From NCBI RefSeq assembly GCF_964355755.1, contig NC_092671.1:18786001-18850000 (forward strand): a stretch of DNA of 64,000 bases, written 5' to 3'. The notes under the pieces are model-generated. The model worked only from the letters and a program-made list of their open reading frames with translations. It had not been told where the DNA came from and did not search any database. This document shows positions 13,026 to 26,194 of the stretch, piece after piece (the stretch's first letter is position 1; each line of letters opens with the position of its first letter). Both the position numbers and the translations under genes were made by a program. Origin of the DNA: Antedon mediterranea. Its lineage: Eukaryota > Animalia > Echinodermata.

Positions 13026-14863
13026 GTATGTTAAACAACTATCAAATTTACATGCAAAAGTTTAGAGCAGATAAAATATTAATTTTTTGTTTTTTAAGAA
13101 TTAATAACTTTATTATTATTATAATTGAATTGTTATTAAAACAAATTATTAATATTTTCTCTGGCATTGAAATGGGAGGCCAAAATATCTAGATTATCTG
13201 TTATGAATATAACCAATTGGAACCCCAAAAAGTTTTCCCTTACTAGGTGTTTCCCCTGAATAGGAGTGTGCTATAATCAATGCTTCACGATAATTGTACC
13301 CTTAATAGGGGTGTCCATTGACTATATAGGTAACTTTATTTCAAAAAAAGTAACAAAACCACGCACTGTGGATTACAAAATCTGATACGTTCTTATATGC
13401 ATGCTTCTTACAACAACAAAAAATATAAAATAACATAAAATAATGATTCAAAATAACAAAAGCCATTTATTTCTGTTGCTGGCAATCTCACCCAAATGAA
13501 TTAAGTCGTTTTAATTTTAATTTACTTAACTTAAAATTTCTGAATGAGATTTCCAAATTAGAGGTTCTACTATATGTTAATTATGATTAATTTTAGAAAT
13601 ACAATGTTAAAATGTTGCATTAAACGTTTTTAGTTTTCTTTTTGTTTTGTTTGTGTTTTTTTTTATCTCTGATTCTAAACAGGCACTTAGTAGCATGTAC
13701 ATAACTCTCAGATATGTCTGTTATAGGTAGAATAAGTTGACATGTTCAGCCTATGATAGACATATGTGTCAGTTGTGTTTATTCAGTACATCTTGAAATC
13801 CTCTAATATTATACGCCATGATTGTTGAAATCATCTTTATTCTTCATTTCTTGATAATGTGACTGCTGTTTTTGGAAGTTGGCACCTTATATTTCATTTT
13901 ATTCAGTAATCAATTGTCGTGGAACAATGTGTCATAAACAAGTAATGCAACACTTTTGTGATATCATCATCACAGGCAGTTTACTGTAAGGACTATGTGT
14001 TGTTGATCTACTTTCTCATGGTAGTTAGAATGGAGTACATTCATTTTGTTATCTGATGTTGGAAGTTGCACTGTTATAAAAGGAGATGTGATCAAGATAC
14101 CAAAACTATTATAGTACTTTGTCTGTTGGATATATTTACATTATTGACTCTTTGTTGGATGATTTCTCTGGAAAAAAATGTTAATTCCTTTCTGAACTAT
14201 TAGAACTGATTGCTGATACAAATAATGTGGACATTATAAACTATTATTATTATTATTATTAGTTTCTTTGAGTTTCTGCTGAGGATGATGTTCCTGTTCT
14301 AAACTGAAATAGAACTTTCCTTAATGCTATTAACAATAACACTTTATATAGTATGATCAGTAGCCATTCTGCTGGATGCATTGGTTATTAAACTGTATGT
14401 AATTGATTGTCCAGTTTATAGCCAATGGCCGGTCAGTGTAGTTTTAGTTTCAACCCCTTTTGTTATCCAAGAAAAAAACTTAAGAACAGAACATTATAGA
14501 ATGATGATCTAATCATCTATGGTCAATTTCTTGACATCACTACACGCATTGCTTCATAAACATTCAGTTGGCATCATGAGAAAATTCACAGAAAATGGAT
14601 CTTCAATTCAATTTTGATAACTTTAAGTAGTGGTAACTTTAATGTCTGGTAGGTTTTCATGCGGAAAGGAACATGTTGTTTGTCCTCGTCGTCCTGTAAA
14701 TCATATAGTGTGCACCATATCATTTGTTTCATTGTGTTGTTTTATCAAGTTATACAAACCTGTGTCTTTTAGTATGTTGTTTTGTTTTAAAAGTATGTTT
14801 TGTAATAAATACAATTTACAGAAATCAAATAATACTTATTCAACAATGTTTTGATCATTTTAG

Positions 14864-14989
14864 GAGGCTGATGAAAGTTTGAACTTTGAAGAGCAGATTC
14901 TTGAAGCAGCCAAATGCATTGCAAATGCAACCAGTGCTCTTGTAAAGGCTGCCTCAGCAGCTCAGAAAGAACTTGTATTGCAAGGAAAG
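14864..14989 (+). CDS. TLN: talin exon (I/LWEQ)
   Basis: tag|...|gtatgt; EADESLNFEEQILEAAKCIANATSALVKAASAAQKELVLQGK; 126 nt. Confidence 0.97.
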
Positions 14990-16539
14990 GTATGTTCAAT
15001 CCTGTTTGTTTTAAATTCATAGCAGATATGTCTTTATTAAGATAAGAATGTAAAAGTATAAAATATGTACAGTATAGCTGCTTTTTTATATAGATATCCC
15101 ATTTAAACAATTTCTTCAATTCTGTAGTAGGTCGCATTTGATTGACTTGGTTTAAATTCCAGGTTTAATATGTATTTAGTATTTTGGCAATTGACATCTG
15201 TATTCAAACCATCAACAAATGTGAATAGGCCTCAGTGCATCATTTTATGTTATGCTCAGACGGCTTTACGTCTGATGAGTGTCCACAGCATTGTGACACA
15301 ATGCTTAATACAAAGTGGATCACACGATTTTCCTGAACATGTTGACCCATAATATAATATACAGTATTTACTTGCTTGCAAGCTTTGAAGTTTTGCGTCT
15401 ACACGACACTACTTCTTCAGCGTGTATCCTTACATTTTTTTGTGTACACAGAATAGCAAATTTTAATTGTTTGTAGTAATTTAATACAATACAAGGAGCT
15501 TCTTCACAGGAACTGTTTAAAAAAGTGTTCAATATTAATTTAAATACACAAGTGTATCTACAGTATGTATTATATTTGTTATACAGTACATGTACGATGA
15601 AAAGACATTTACATCAATAGTTGATTTTTGCACACCAAATATCTTACAAAAAGCAAGATAAAGTACCCATGGATTGGTAGAAATTTTATTTTTGGATAAA
15701 TGATCAGTTTTGTAAAAAAAAAAAAGTAATGTTTTTGATAGGTTAAATTTGTTCTATGTATAGTCCAAACCTCACGAACATTCATGGATCTGCCTATGTT
15801 TTTGTAGTGTCTGTGTTTTTTTTTGTAAATTATGTAAATTCCATTTGAAATTCAGTAGATTGTTATACATATAAGAATAACTATGCATAGCATTTATTGG
15901 ATTCGGCATGAGAAAGTCATTGCATAAATGAATCTATATATTTAGAAATTACATCCTAAAATACAATTTGGATATCAAAATATTCATTCCAAACTCACAA
16001 GCATTGTTAAAATGAGTAACATCAATGGATCGTCCATGACTTCATATAGTGTACAAATTCTGAATGGAACGCATTTCACCAAACGTAACTGGATTTGCAA
16101 TGTCAATTTGAATACAACCGCTAATGTAAAATCCAATGTCATTCAAAAACATGTAGGCTTCTACACATAGCTTGAAGAGACTGTCTGTGTATCTAGACAC
16201 CACCCATACAGACGGTGAGGTAGGCTTGTATTCATTGCATCTTGCACCTTGATGATTCATTGCTACGGTTACAATGATAACAGTTTATGTAAAATCAATA
16301 CTGTATATTCACTCAAATGAAAATGTGCATTATTTGGAACAATCTCATAAACTTTTTTTGTGAAAATTTATATTTGTTTACAGCATTTTTTTGACAACAA
16401 AACAAATAAACACATAATCTAAAAAACCTCCGTTGTACATTTGAATATAACAAAAGAAACAGTAAAAAGTCGCATTTCTAAACACAAATATAAACCACTA
16501 ATAAGGACTAACATTTACATCGTAGGGGAATCACCCTAG

Positions 16540-16718
16540 GGCTTGGTTCTCACTAGAACGTAACGCAAGGACGTAAACGCAACGCAAGCGTTTTAACCAA
16601 TGACAAGCGAAGTTATATACAGTTAGCAATCACAAGCGAATAAGCCATCGCTTGTGATTGGTCAATTCACTTGCGTTGCGTTACGTCCTTGTGTTGCGTC
16701 GCTAGTGGGAACCACGCT
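16540..16718. mobile_element. hairpin MITE (Harbinger-like); related copies near 11727-11832, 36080-36410, 52070-52140
   Basis: GCTTGGTTCTCACTAG...AACGCAACGCAAG...CAATCACAAGCGA / TCGCTTGTGATTG...CTTGCGTTGCGTT...CTAGTGGGAACCACGC. Confidence 0.75.
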
Positions 16719-17861
16719 TTAGCCTACATTAAAAATAACAAAAGAATAAATTACATTATTTCACATGAGAAGCAATGCATATTAACTGCATACTATGCAT
16801 GTTTCGAGTGCATTTATTTATTCAACTTTGTTTTACATGGGTTTAATAGCTGTACTACAGCAGTACAGCTGACTTGAAGAGAGAGATGACATTCAAACAT
16901 AAAGATACAAGAGGATTCATAAAAGTTATAATCCTCAAACATATTTTTTTTAAAGTTAAAATTCATACATAGTATGCAATTTACAGAACCTGAATTTGCT
17001 AAGTTTTTTTTGTGTTAGTATAGCTGCTCCCATTCACTACTTGAAATACTACCTACAGGGTTGTAAAAATCTTTTTTATTGTGTGTATTAGCCTGCCCTT
17101 TATTTTAAATCTAATAAGCATTCCATGGCTGTATTTTGGCGAAAGAGAAAACAATATCTATCCATAAACATGTTATACTCGATGGTTGTATTCAATAAAT
17201 GCAGAGAAGAACTTCAAGATTGTTCAATGATACCAAAAATAAAGGGGAACATAATTTCAGATACTACACAGTCATCATCACTTATGTTTTTATGCATGTT
17301 TGTCAACCTGTCTGTATGCATGTGTGTCCTCTTGCATGTCTGTCATTGTATGTCTGTTAATGTTTTTGTTTTAATTTTTTAAATATAGGCATTGTTAGTG
17401 ACCATGTTGGTAACCCCAAGAGTGTTGCGACTAAGAAAAAGTCTCGTAGCACAAATTTACTAAATATTTCACAATGTGAACAGAGCCTTGTCATCAAAAT
17501 AAAATATTACGTTATACAGTTGTTCTCTTGTCTCTTTATTTGATATTTCCTTTTTTTATCAGTTGCTTTTTCTGCTTTCTCATTTATCTTTTAATTTCAG
17601 ATTATGTTCTAATCTTATGTTGTTATTTTTTCTATTGCGTTTATATTGGTAGTCTGTAATAATATGTAGTAATATTAATATAATATTGCAATATTCTCTT
17701 TTTGTTAATTTCCTGGTTTTTGTTTTTTATGTTTTGTATATGGATGTATTATCCGAAATAAAGGAAATGAATGAATTACGTTTTTTTAATATTATTTCCT
17801 TATACAGTAATATTATTTGTATATATTTCTTTTCATATATCTTGCTTGACATTGTGATCAG

Positions 17862-17867
17862 GTGCAG
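17862..17867 (+). CDS. TLN: candidate 6-nt talin microexon (VQ)
   Basis: pyrimidine-rich tract with TGC, tcag|GTGCAG|gtaatg, TGCATG at 17880; phase 0-0. Confidence 0.3.
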
Positions 17868-20274
17868 GTAATGTGTTGGTGCATGATGAGTTTGCTTTGT
17901 ACCATAAATGACATCATCACATTGTCAAATCTATGTTACATGTTATAAAAATCACATTTACAAACATTATATTATTACTTATTAAAGACTTTAGTATTTT
18001 CTGTAAATTGTCAAATCATTTTTTAAATTTAAAGATGTGTTTTCGGCAAAACATGAAAAATAAAGATTAGTCAAGTCAAAATTGCACGCTGGTAACGTTT
18101 TATTTCCTTGAAGTTGTGCCCTCATGCATGTCCGACACCATTTGGTTACTTTTAATACCACATGCCATGAATTCTCCCATTTAAAGTTACTCTATGACTG
18201 GGAATTTGTTTTACGCTGTCAATTCACTGTTCTGATCCTGAAGTTAATACACAAGCCCCAAAGATGAATGGATTTGTTACAAGATGGAAGTGGTGGAATA
18301 ATTGATTAAATCTTACTCTAAAGCAGAAGTCTATGTTAATATAAAACAATCAATGAATGCTTGTTAAAATTGTTATATTCAACTAGTCTCTTCTTTGTTG
18401 AATATAAATGTATATAATATAATAATATAAAATATTCTCTCCCTTCAACTATTATTATTTGTGTACACTGCTACCCCATCACTATACTAACAATAATTTT
18501 AGTCTAAAATTCTAGGCTGAATAACTCAAAACCTAATATGCACCAATTGAAAAACAAAGAATGTTTACATTACAAACAAGACAACAAGGATAATTTGTAA
18601 AAATTGTTATAATAAATAAAAAGTTAATTAAAATAAAGTAGATCTACAGTTTATAATTTTTAAGCTATGGTACTAAATATTTACAATGCAATCATTGGAA
18701 CATAAGCACCAATCTTATTGATTTGCAAAGATTTTTTTTTCTTCAACTTTTTAAAATTCTTGTGCATGAATTGATATTTTGTTATTTTTATCTTGAACCG
18801 TTTGTTTTAAATCTATTCCAGTCAACACAACTTTTCATATTCAAACCGATTTTCATTAATAGCTTATTATTTTTATGAGTAGCATATAAACTCTTGTTGT
18901 AGTCAACTTGGTGTGTGTGTTTGGGGACAGTTTTTTTTTTAAATTATTATTGTTGCACTATTTTTTCACGATCCAGGTAAGTTGTGGAATATGACTATAA
19001 GCAAACTATATTTTCGTTCGACGGGAAATGCATAAAAACAGAACAAAGGTTTTGACAATAGTGAATTTTCACATCAGGACGGTAGATAAATATTTTTTTT
19101 CCGTAATTTATACTATTAATCTACATTCCGTTTTGGACTGTATTTGGTCGATTTAACGTTCAGTCCAATAGATGGAGCAAAGTTTTTTCAAACTTTTCAA
19201 CAATAATATATGGCCGATCAGTTTACCTACAAAGCGAATGCACGTGGTAGGCCTAAGTTTTCATTTATAGTTTTGTAAACTTCACTTTGGTTCTTCTAGA
19301 TTGATTTTAAAAAAAACATTCTCATTCTCGTTTTGACTAGGTCTATTTAGTTCATAATTTTTTTTGCTAATTTTGCTAACCTAAAACCTATCCTGGCTAA
19401 CACAGAAACTTCTCAAACACAACCACCAAGCTTGTGTATAAGCTAATTACCGTCCCCTTTGTTTACCATCCTGATGCGAAAGCTACCAAATAACCAGAGC
19501 AGATCCAGGATTTTTCAAATGAAAGAGTCTGTGAGAAATAGATCAAAAAGGAGTAATGATAATATTATTTTAGCTGCTGAAAATAGGAGTGCACATATTC
19601 CATTTGCATATTTACATCGGGAGATGGAAATTTGTAAAATGTATGAAATTACAACTTACCATTGGGATCTTGTTTTTAATATAGTATTTCATAATAAATT
19701 CGTTAAATATTAAATGAATATATTAATTTCTCTATTATAAGAAAATTAGGTAAAATATTGAATGGATTTATAATGTTAACTGATTAAAATAATTTTATGA
19801 ATATTGTTTATTAAAATGTTCAACTGCTTTAGAAATCAATGGTTTATGCAGTTTGTCACTGCCTTACTCAGCTTTGTTCCCATTGCATCAAATAGAACAG
19901 CATGATCAATTTGTTGTTACAAAAAAACTGCAAATTTTATATTTGCATTTGTGCAAAAAACATGTATGTTATACTGTATGTTGCACTTTATTGTGTGTCC
20001 TTTTTAACCAATTATTTCTTTACATGTTACTGATAATACATTTGCATTTGAACAGAATCTTTCCTAATGTTTGTTATTTTCTTGGATTGTTTTTAAAAAA
20101 TCTGTTAGATGTAAATAAGTGTTGATTTAAAGCTCTTTTACTACTGTTTTTTATTTTCTATATATTCAAGTTAGTCAGATATTTTAAATTGTAGTTTTTA
20201 TATTCTTTTCTATACAAAAAATGTCACCAGTGGGACTGGAACCCAGACCAGTAGCCTTGCATTCATACCTCTAA

Positions 20275-21147
20275 GGCCCCGTTTCTGCTGCCAAAAATAT
20301 ACCGTATATATACGGTATATTTTATATACGGTATATTTTTTGGCAGCAGAAATGGGTCTCATAAAAAATATACCGTATATATATGCGGTATATATACCGC
20401 ATAAATATCCCCATCGTTTGTGGATATTATACGGTATATTCCAAAATATACCGTATATTTCGTACCCCGTTTCTGCTGCACTCAAAATATACCGTATATG
20501 TGACCCGGCCCATGACACGAGGTCAAAAACTAACAGAGCGTGACGCGTTTGTTTGGGTTTTTCTGCTGCATTGACACATGCGTGTATAATAAGCAAGCAA
20601 CAGATCAAAATATCACTGTGGACTGAAGAAATAACTATTTTTGCAATTCAATTGTGGGGAGAAGCGAAGGTTGAGGGGAGACTACATGGCAACAGAAGAG
20701 ATACCGAGATTTACAAAAGTATCTCAAACAAAATAAAAGCAGAATTTGTGGTAGACTTAATAACGCCAAAGTTATCGGCAAACGCCGTCGTCTTCTTTGC
20801 ATAAATGTAGTCAATGCCCATTCTACATTTCTAGATTGTTTGTGCGATGTAAATTCGTTGCCACTTCTGATCATTAGATTTAAAATAGAAAGCAATGCTA
20901 AGACGTTTTGAGAAACCATAATTGTTTTGTTTTTGTCATGTAACCTCACTACACGAGACTCTAGGTCAATCCATACTTCCGTCTCACAAAATGCATTTTG
21001 GGTATATGAAAGCCAACTTTTTTTACAGCCCACCCACGAAGTATGTGCAGCGGAAACGGTGCACGAATTTCATATACGGTATATATACGGTATATTTATA
21101 CGGTATATTTATACGGTATATTTGGGATTGGCAGCAGAAACAGGGCC
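20275..21147. mobile_element. internally deleted PIF/Harbinger transposon retaining a Myb/SANT-like ORF start
   Basis: TIR GGCCCCGTTTCTGCTGCCAA / TTGGCAGCAGAAACAGGGCC; subterminal ATACCGTATAT repeats; + strand WTEEITIFAIQLWGEAKVEGRLHGNRRDTEIYKSISNKI resembles a Myb/SANT (trihelix) domain. Confidence 0.85.
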
Positions 21148-21600
21148 TATAACACTTTTATGTCGACATATGGAACTAATCATGGTTACCATACTGTATA
21201 TGATTTGTACTTATTAGGAACCAATGTGCACAAGTGCTTCATATGTCAACAGTTACCCAATGCAGTTACTCAAACTGCATGTGATTCAAATTTATCAGTT
21301 CTGAAAAAATTACATAACATTATTAGTATTACGCTATTCAACTCAAATGCGCCTCTGTTGACATATTTTGCGTTACTTTGAGCTGCAATTGGTTCAGTTG
21401 CTCAATGAGTTGTGTCCACAGTATGTTGACATTTAATTCATAATTCAAATACAATTCTAGCATGTCTACAGCTGAATGATTCCTGTTTGCATTGATTGAA
21501 CTAAAATATTTGTATTAGTGTTTGTTTTTAAAATACTTATAGCAGCAAACCTGAATGTATAAGATTAAGATAATGATAGATATTAATTTATTTATGTTAG

Positions 21601-21846
21601 GTGATGCCAAACCCTACCCCATACAGCGAGGATGGCCAATGGTCTATGGGGCTCATCTCGGCGGCCAAAAAAGTTGCAGCAGCAACGCACGGGCTATGTG
21701 AGGCTGCCAATTCAGCCGTGCAGGGTCATGCTAGTGAAGAACGTCTAATATCATCTGCTAAACAAGTTGCAAGTTCAACAGCTCAACTGCTTGTAGCTTG
21801 TAAAGTAAAGGCAGACACATTCAGTGAACCTATGAAGAGGTTACAG
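21601..21846 (+). CDS. TLN: talin exon (I/LWEQ)
   Basis: tag|...|gtgaga; EDGQWSMGLISAAKKVAAATHGLCEAAN...QVASSTAQLLVACKVKAD...MKRLQ; 246 nt. Confidence 0.98.
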
Positions 21847-22055
21847 GTGAGATTTTAATTGTATCTGGATGTAGGCGCTTTAGGCAAAAGGTGGTGTAGT
21901 CTATGAGAAGGTTCCTTCAGGAAAGTAATCCTTGCACAGGCTAGTATGACATTCACCAGGCACAGCATACTGGGCCATTGCTTTGTTGTAACTTTAGCTC
22001 TGGAAGAGCCCATCTGTTTTGAACACTAGTTCACTATAATTTTGTTCTTTTATAG

Positions 22056-22301
22056 ACTGCTGGAAATGCTGTAAAACGTGCTTCAGACAACCTAGTAAAA
22101 GCAGCTCAGCAAGCCTCACAGTGGGAAGAAGAGCAAGCAGTTGTTACCTTACCCTCTGCAGTAGTTAATAACATCGCTATTGAGATGGATGCCATGGAAG
22201 CCATTCTCAGGAAAGAAAAAGAACTAGAAGAAGCTAGGAGAAAGCTGGAAGTTATCAGAAAAGCCAAATACAAAAATAGACCACCAGAAGATTCAGATTA
22301 A
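22056..22301 (+). CDS. TLN: talin terminal coding exon (dimerisation helix)
   Basis: tag|TAGNAVKRASDNLVKAAQQ...ILRKEKELEEARRKLEVIRKAKYKNRPPEDSD*; TAA at 22299-22301. Confidence 0.98.
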   Translation, partial: TAGNAVKRASDNLVKAAQQASQWEEEQAVVTLPSAVVNNIAIEMDAMEAILRKEKELEEARRKLEVIRKAKYKNRPPEDSD

Positions 22302-25300
22302 ATAAATATATTACATTACTCTACACTTTATGCAAAATATGTGAAAGCTGAATGCAAGCCAAAATTTATTTTACCAAAGTGGTAATGATGTCATTTTAAA
22401 AATTATCAATTAATTTGGCCAAATTATAATCACTATTTTAAATTTTATAAAATAAACTATTAGTAATAAATATATTGATTGTTCTATAGAAATCATGAAT
22501 GGCTGAATTAGATTATATAAACGACTATTTTGTACTATAATTGCATAAAAAACTAAAAATTCAAGGAGCTACAATCGACATAACAAGCCATACATACTTC
22601 CGTAATTACTACTACCAAGCCATTCACAATAGCAAGCTTTTGTTTCGGGATGGTAGACGATAATTTAACAGACCGCGACAAGTTTGACATGTATTTTGTC
22701 CACTTTTCACAACCGTTACGTTTTTTAAATCACCTTCATGATTTACTCTCTCCCAAAACGAAAGCTACCCAATCATGTGACAAACCATAGGTGGTAGTAA
22801 TCATTGTATAATGCGAGTGAAGATATATAACTAATGAAACATACTATTTTACCATTGTATATTTAAAGCACATCTGTAACCTCTAATTGTTTGATTCAGT
22901 CAACATGACCAGTGACAGTATTCACTTATGCACTAGGCTAAGGGAAACACTTGCACTTAATATCCACTTTAGGGTAATCCTTAAATATTTATTGGCTTAA
23001 GTGAAATAATTGGCATTTGGCTAAATGATATCTCTGTCTTGATAATAATTATATCAACTGATCGTATAATCCCACCTGTCATCCATCAAATTGATGTTAA
23101 ATTGAGAGTAAATTAATTAATTGTGGAATAGTTTATTAAATTTTAAAAACCATTGAGTTAATATTTATCGGTCTCTTCCCACCAACAATGTAAAATTTGT
23201 AGTTGGTTATATTTTTATTTTATTATCGATACTCAAAAGAGATTGAAAGTATAAGTAGTGTGTGTTGTGCCTGAATTTTGAATCCCATTTTTGTTTTTAA
23301 GTTGCTTTGTAAATTATTATTGTCCAATAACTAAATATATTGGTGCTAAGTAGGATTAACAATGGTTAATCACTTTTTTTATGTTATAATTAAGTAGCTT
23401 AGATTATTTATAAGCTAATATATTGAAAGAATTACAAATCAATTTTGTTTAAAACAGCATTATAAAATGGGAAGATTTCCAAATAGACTAGTTTTATTGT
23501 ATTGCACTAATGAAAGTAAACAAAATATTATTTAATATTCATGTGTATTTAATTTACCGCTCACATTTTAATACGCTGTGGTTGGACAATGTTACGCATT
23601 ATTTCAACAACAAAATGCCATAACCATGAAAGTAGGAAGAACTATATGGGAGAGTTGGGAATCCCCTTGTCCCTTATTATATAGACTTATATGGGTAAAG
23701 TGGGAAATCCCCTTATTATTAAAATAGATGATCATCTGACAAATAGTTATGTACACATAACAGTATTTTTAGCAAATGTCAAAGTAAAATGTAGGCTTGA
23801 ATGTTTATATTTGTCAAGTTTAAAACACATTAATAACTTTAAAAGCACACCATTAAATATTGAATTAGACATTTTAAAAATACAAATATCTGTATAGAAA
23901 CCACTGAAATATTTTATATAGGAATTGTTTTAAGAATTCCACTATAACGTCTTCTTTGTTGTCTTCGCGATCATCACCATCAGAATATTAATCTCAATTA
24001 TTCACGTCTTCTATTGTATATCAACATCGTCCAACTTTTCACTTTCAGTATTTATGAATTTATTAATATTTGCGATTTGTCCTAGATACTGCGATTTATA
24101 CAGCTACTATTAAACAGGAAACTTTAATAATTGTCTTCCCATGACTGAATACCTGTATCTTTCGAATATTGTACAGGTCTTCCTCTAATTAATACTCTAT
24201 ACTCTGTAGCCGTTTTGGTCTGTAGATTATATCATCTTTATTCGGAGAACAATGTTAATGATGTCAAATTTATGTAACGCTTTTAACAATAAATGCATAA
24301 AATAAAAATACTTGGTCGTTATGTGTATAAAAGCAATATTTGTTTCTCCAATGTTGGTATTTTCTTTAGAGACTAGTTTTTAATTAGAGGTAGACCTGTA
24401 TTTTATTTTACTATTTATATGGATCTATATTTTTCATAACAAATATCTTATTAAGAATCTGTTCTATACTACACCACCAATGTGATTGTCTTTTTTTTAT
24501 CATAACGTTATATTTTCTATTAATTCAAAAATTATGGTTAGTTAAATTAGATTTCCTGCTTAAAAAAACATTATGCTGTGAACATGATCGTTATTTTAGA
24601 TATTGATATAAACTTGTTTTAAACTGTTTATAGAAAACAATAAGTAAAGGTAGAGAATACCACAATAGTTTCTGACAAATTAATGCATTAGGTAATAGTT
24701 TACGTGACAAGTTCAAAGGCATTAAACTTTTAGTAAATGCTTTAAAATATATATATAGTACACGAATTAGGTAACTAATACAAAATAATTAATTTAGCAT
24801 TAGCTGTTAATTTTCGTACTTTTGAGAGTAAATAAAAATTACACATTTTATATGTATTTAAACTGTTGGAGTAATTTGATTAGTTTTGACCTAATGGATG
24901 TCGACAGTTTCTCCAATTTCATTTATTGTTTTTCTCTTGGCATTTAGGCCTAGTAAGCCTACACTAGTATATTCTTACTACAGATATTAAATGCATTTGT
25001 GTAATTATCTGCGATGGCGTGCAGGAGAGTAAAGCTTTATATAATGGTTGTAAAAGCGTTGATAAAACTATGATACGCGAAGGATTTTTCAGCTAATCCT
25101 AGATTTCTAAAATGTTAATCCAAAAGTGGGCCATCTGTCCACAAGTCAAAGAAATAAGAAATATAAAGCAGTTATGAGACGCAGACTGGTGAATTGAAAA
25201 CAATGAAGACCGTTTAATAATTACTGTATGTATATAGATTTACTTTTTTCTTTTGTGAGTTCTTCTCATTTCTCTATGCATTTAATGTAGTCCTACAACA

Positions 25301-26194
25301 TTACATCATTATTTTTTCAATTTTTGACTGTTTTTTTGTTATTTTTTTTTATTCAACAAATACAAGATCAGATATTATTATGATTTCAGTGATCTTCCCA
25401 GAATTACAGTATACGATTGAAATAAGCGAATAACACGGCACATAACCACATTATTTCCGTAACAAACAGATTTAATTGTAATGTTAATTCCATGCAGGTC
25501 AAAAGAACAACTGAGGTAGGTCATACAAAGGATAAGTTATATAATCTAATCTACGTTTTATTCTTCAAACAGAAAAGCAAAAGATAACAAAATCAATTAA
25601 AATGATTATAAAGATAAAGATTAATTAATAATATAAAATAATTATCAAAGTATAAGATGGTGGTAACACACAATCAAAATACATAAAGAAATTCAAGACT
25701 TACAAATGGCTGAGCACAAGGCTATATAAACCTATACTTCAGTTGTTCAAAACAGTCAAACAGACTTCTAGATGCTTCAATAGACTTTTACAGCATTTAG
25801 TTTAGCTATCTCAGTATTCGTATTAGGACTGATAAAATATGGTTAATCTACCACTATTTATATTCTTATGCAGGATATATGATGATCTCATCAAATAGCT
25901 TAAAGATGATGAAATTGGTTTTTTAAGATGAAATTCAAATGACATCATCATCTTTAGTATAGTATGAAGTTGTTGTAAAAGTTTTATATAGTATATGCAT
26001 GGAGTAATATGTCAAGTTTCATAAAATATTTAACCATGTTGTCACTTGGTGATTGAGATAGTTTCTGTTCTTAATTGAAAACTATTTTCAAATGCAAAAT
26101 CTCGAACCACCCACAGCTACCTACCAATATAGTATTTTTATAGGAATTAAATACAGTTCTGCAAGTGAAACAATAAAAATTTAATTAATATTAA

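Noticed and set aside
16042-16260. 72-aa minus-strand ORF nested in a talin intron
   Set aside because: No recognisable motif or supporting splice structure
23655-23715. NF-kB-like GGGAATCCCC sites
   Set aside because: Similar motifs recur at about 16525 and 34695 in repeat-like contexts; no functional evidence
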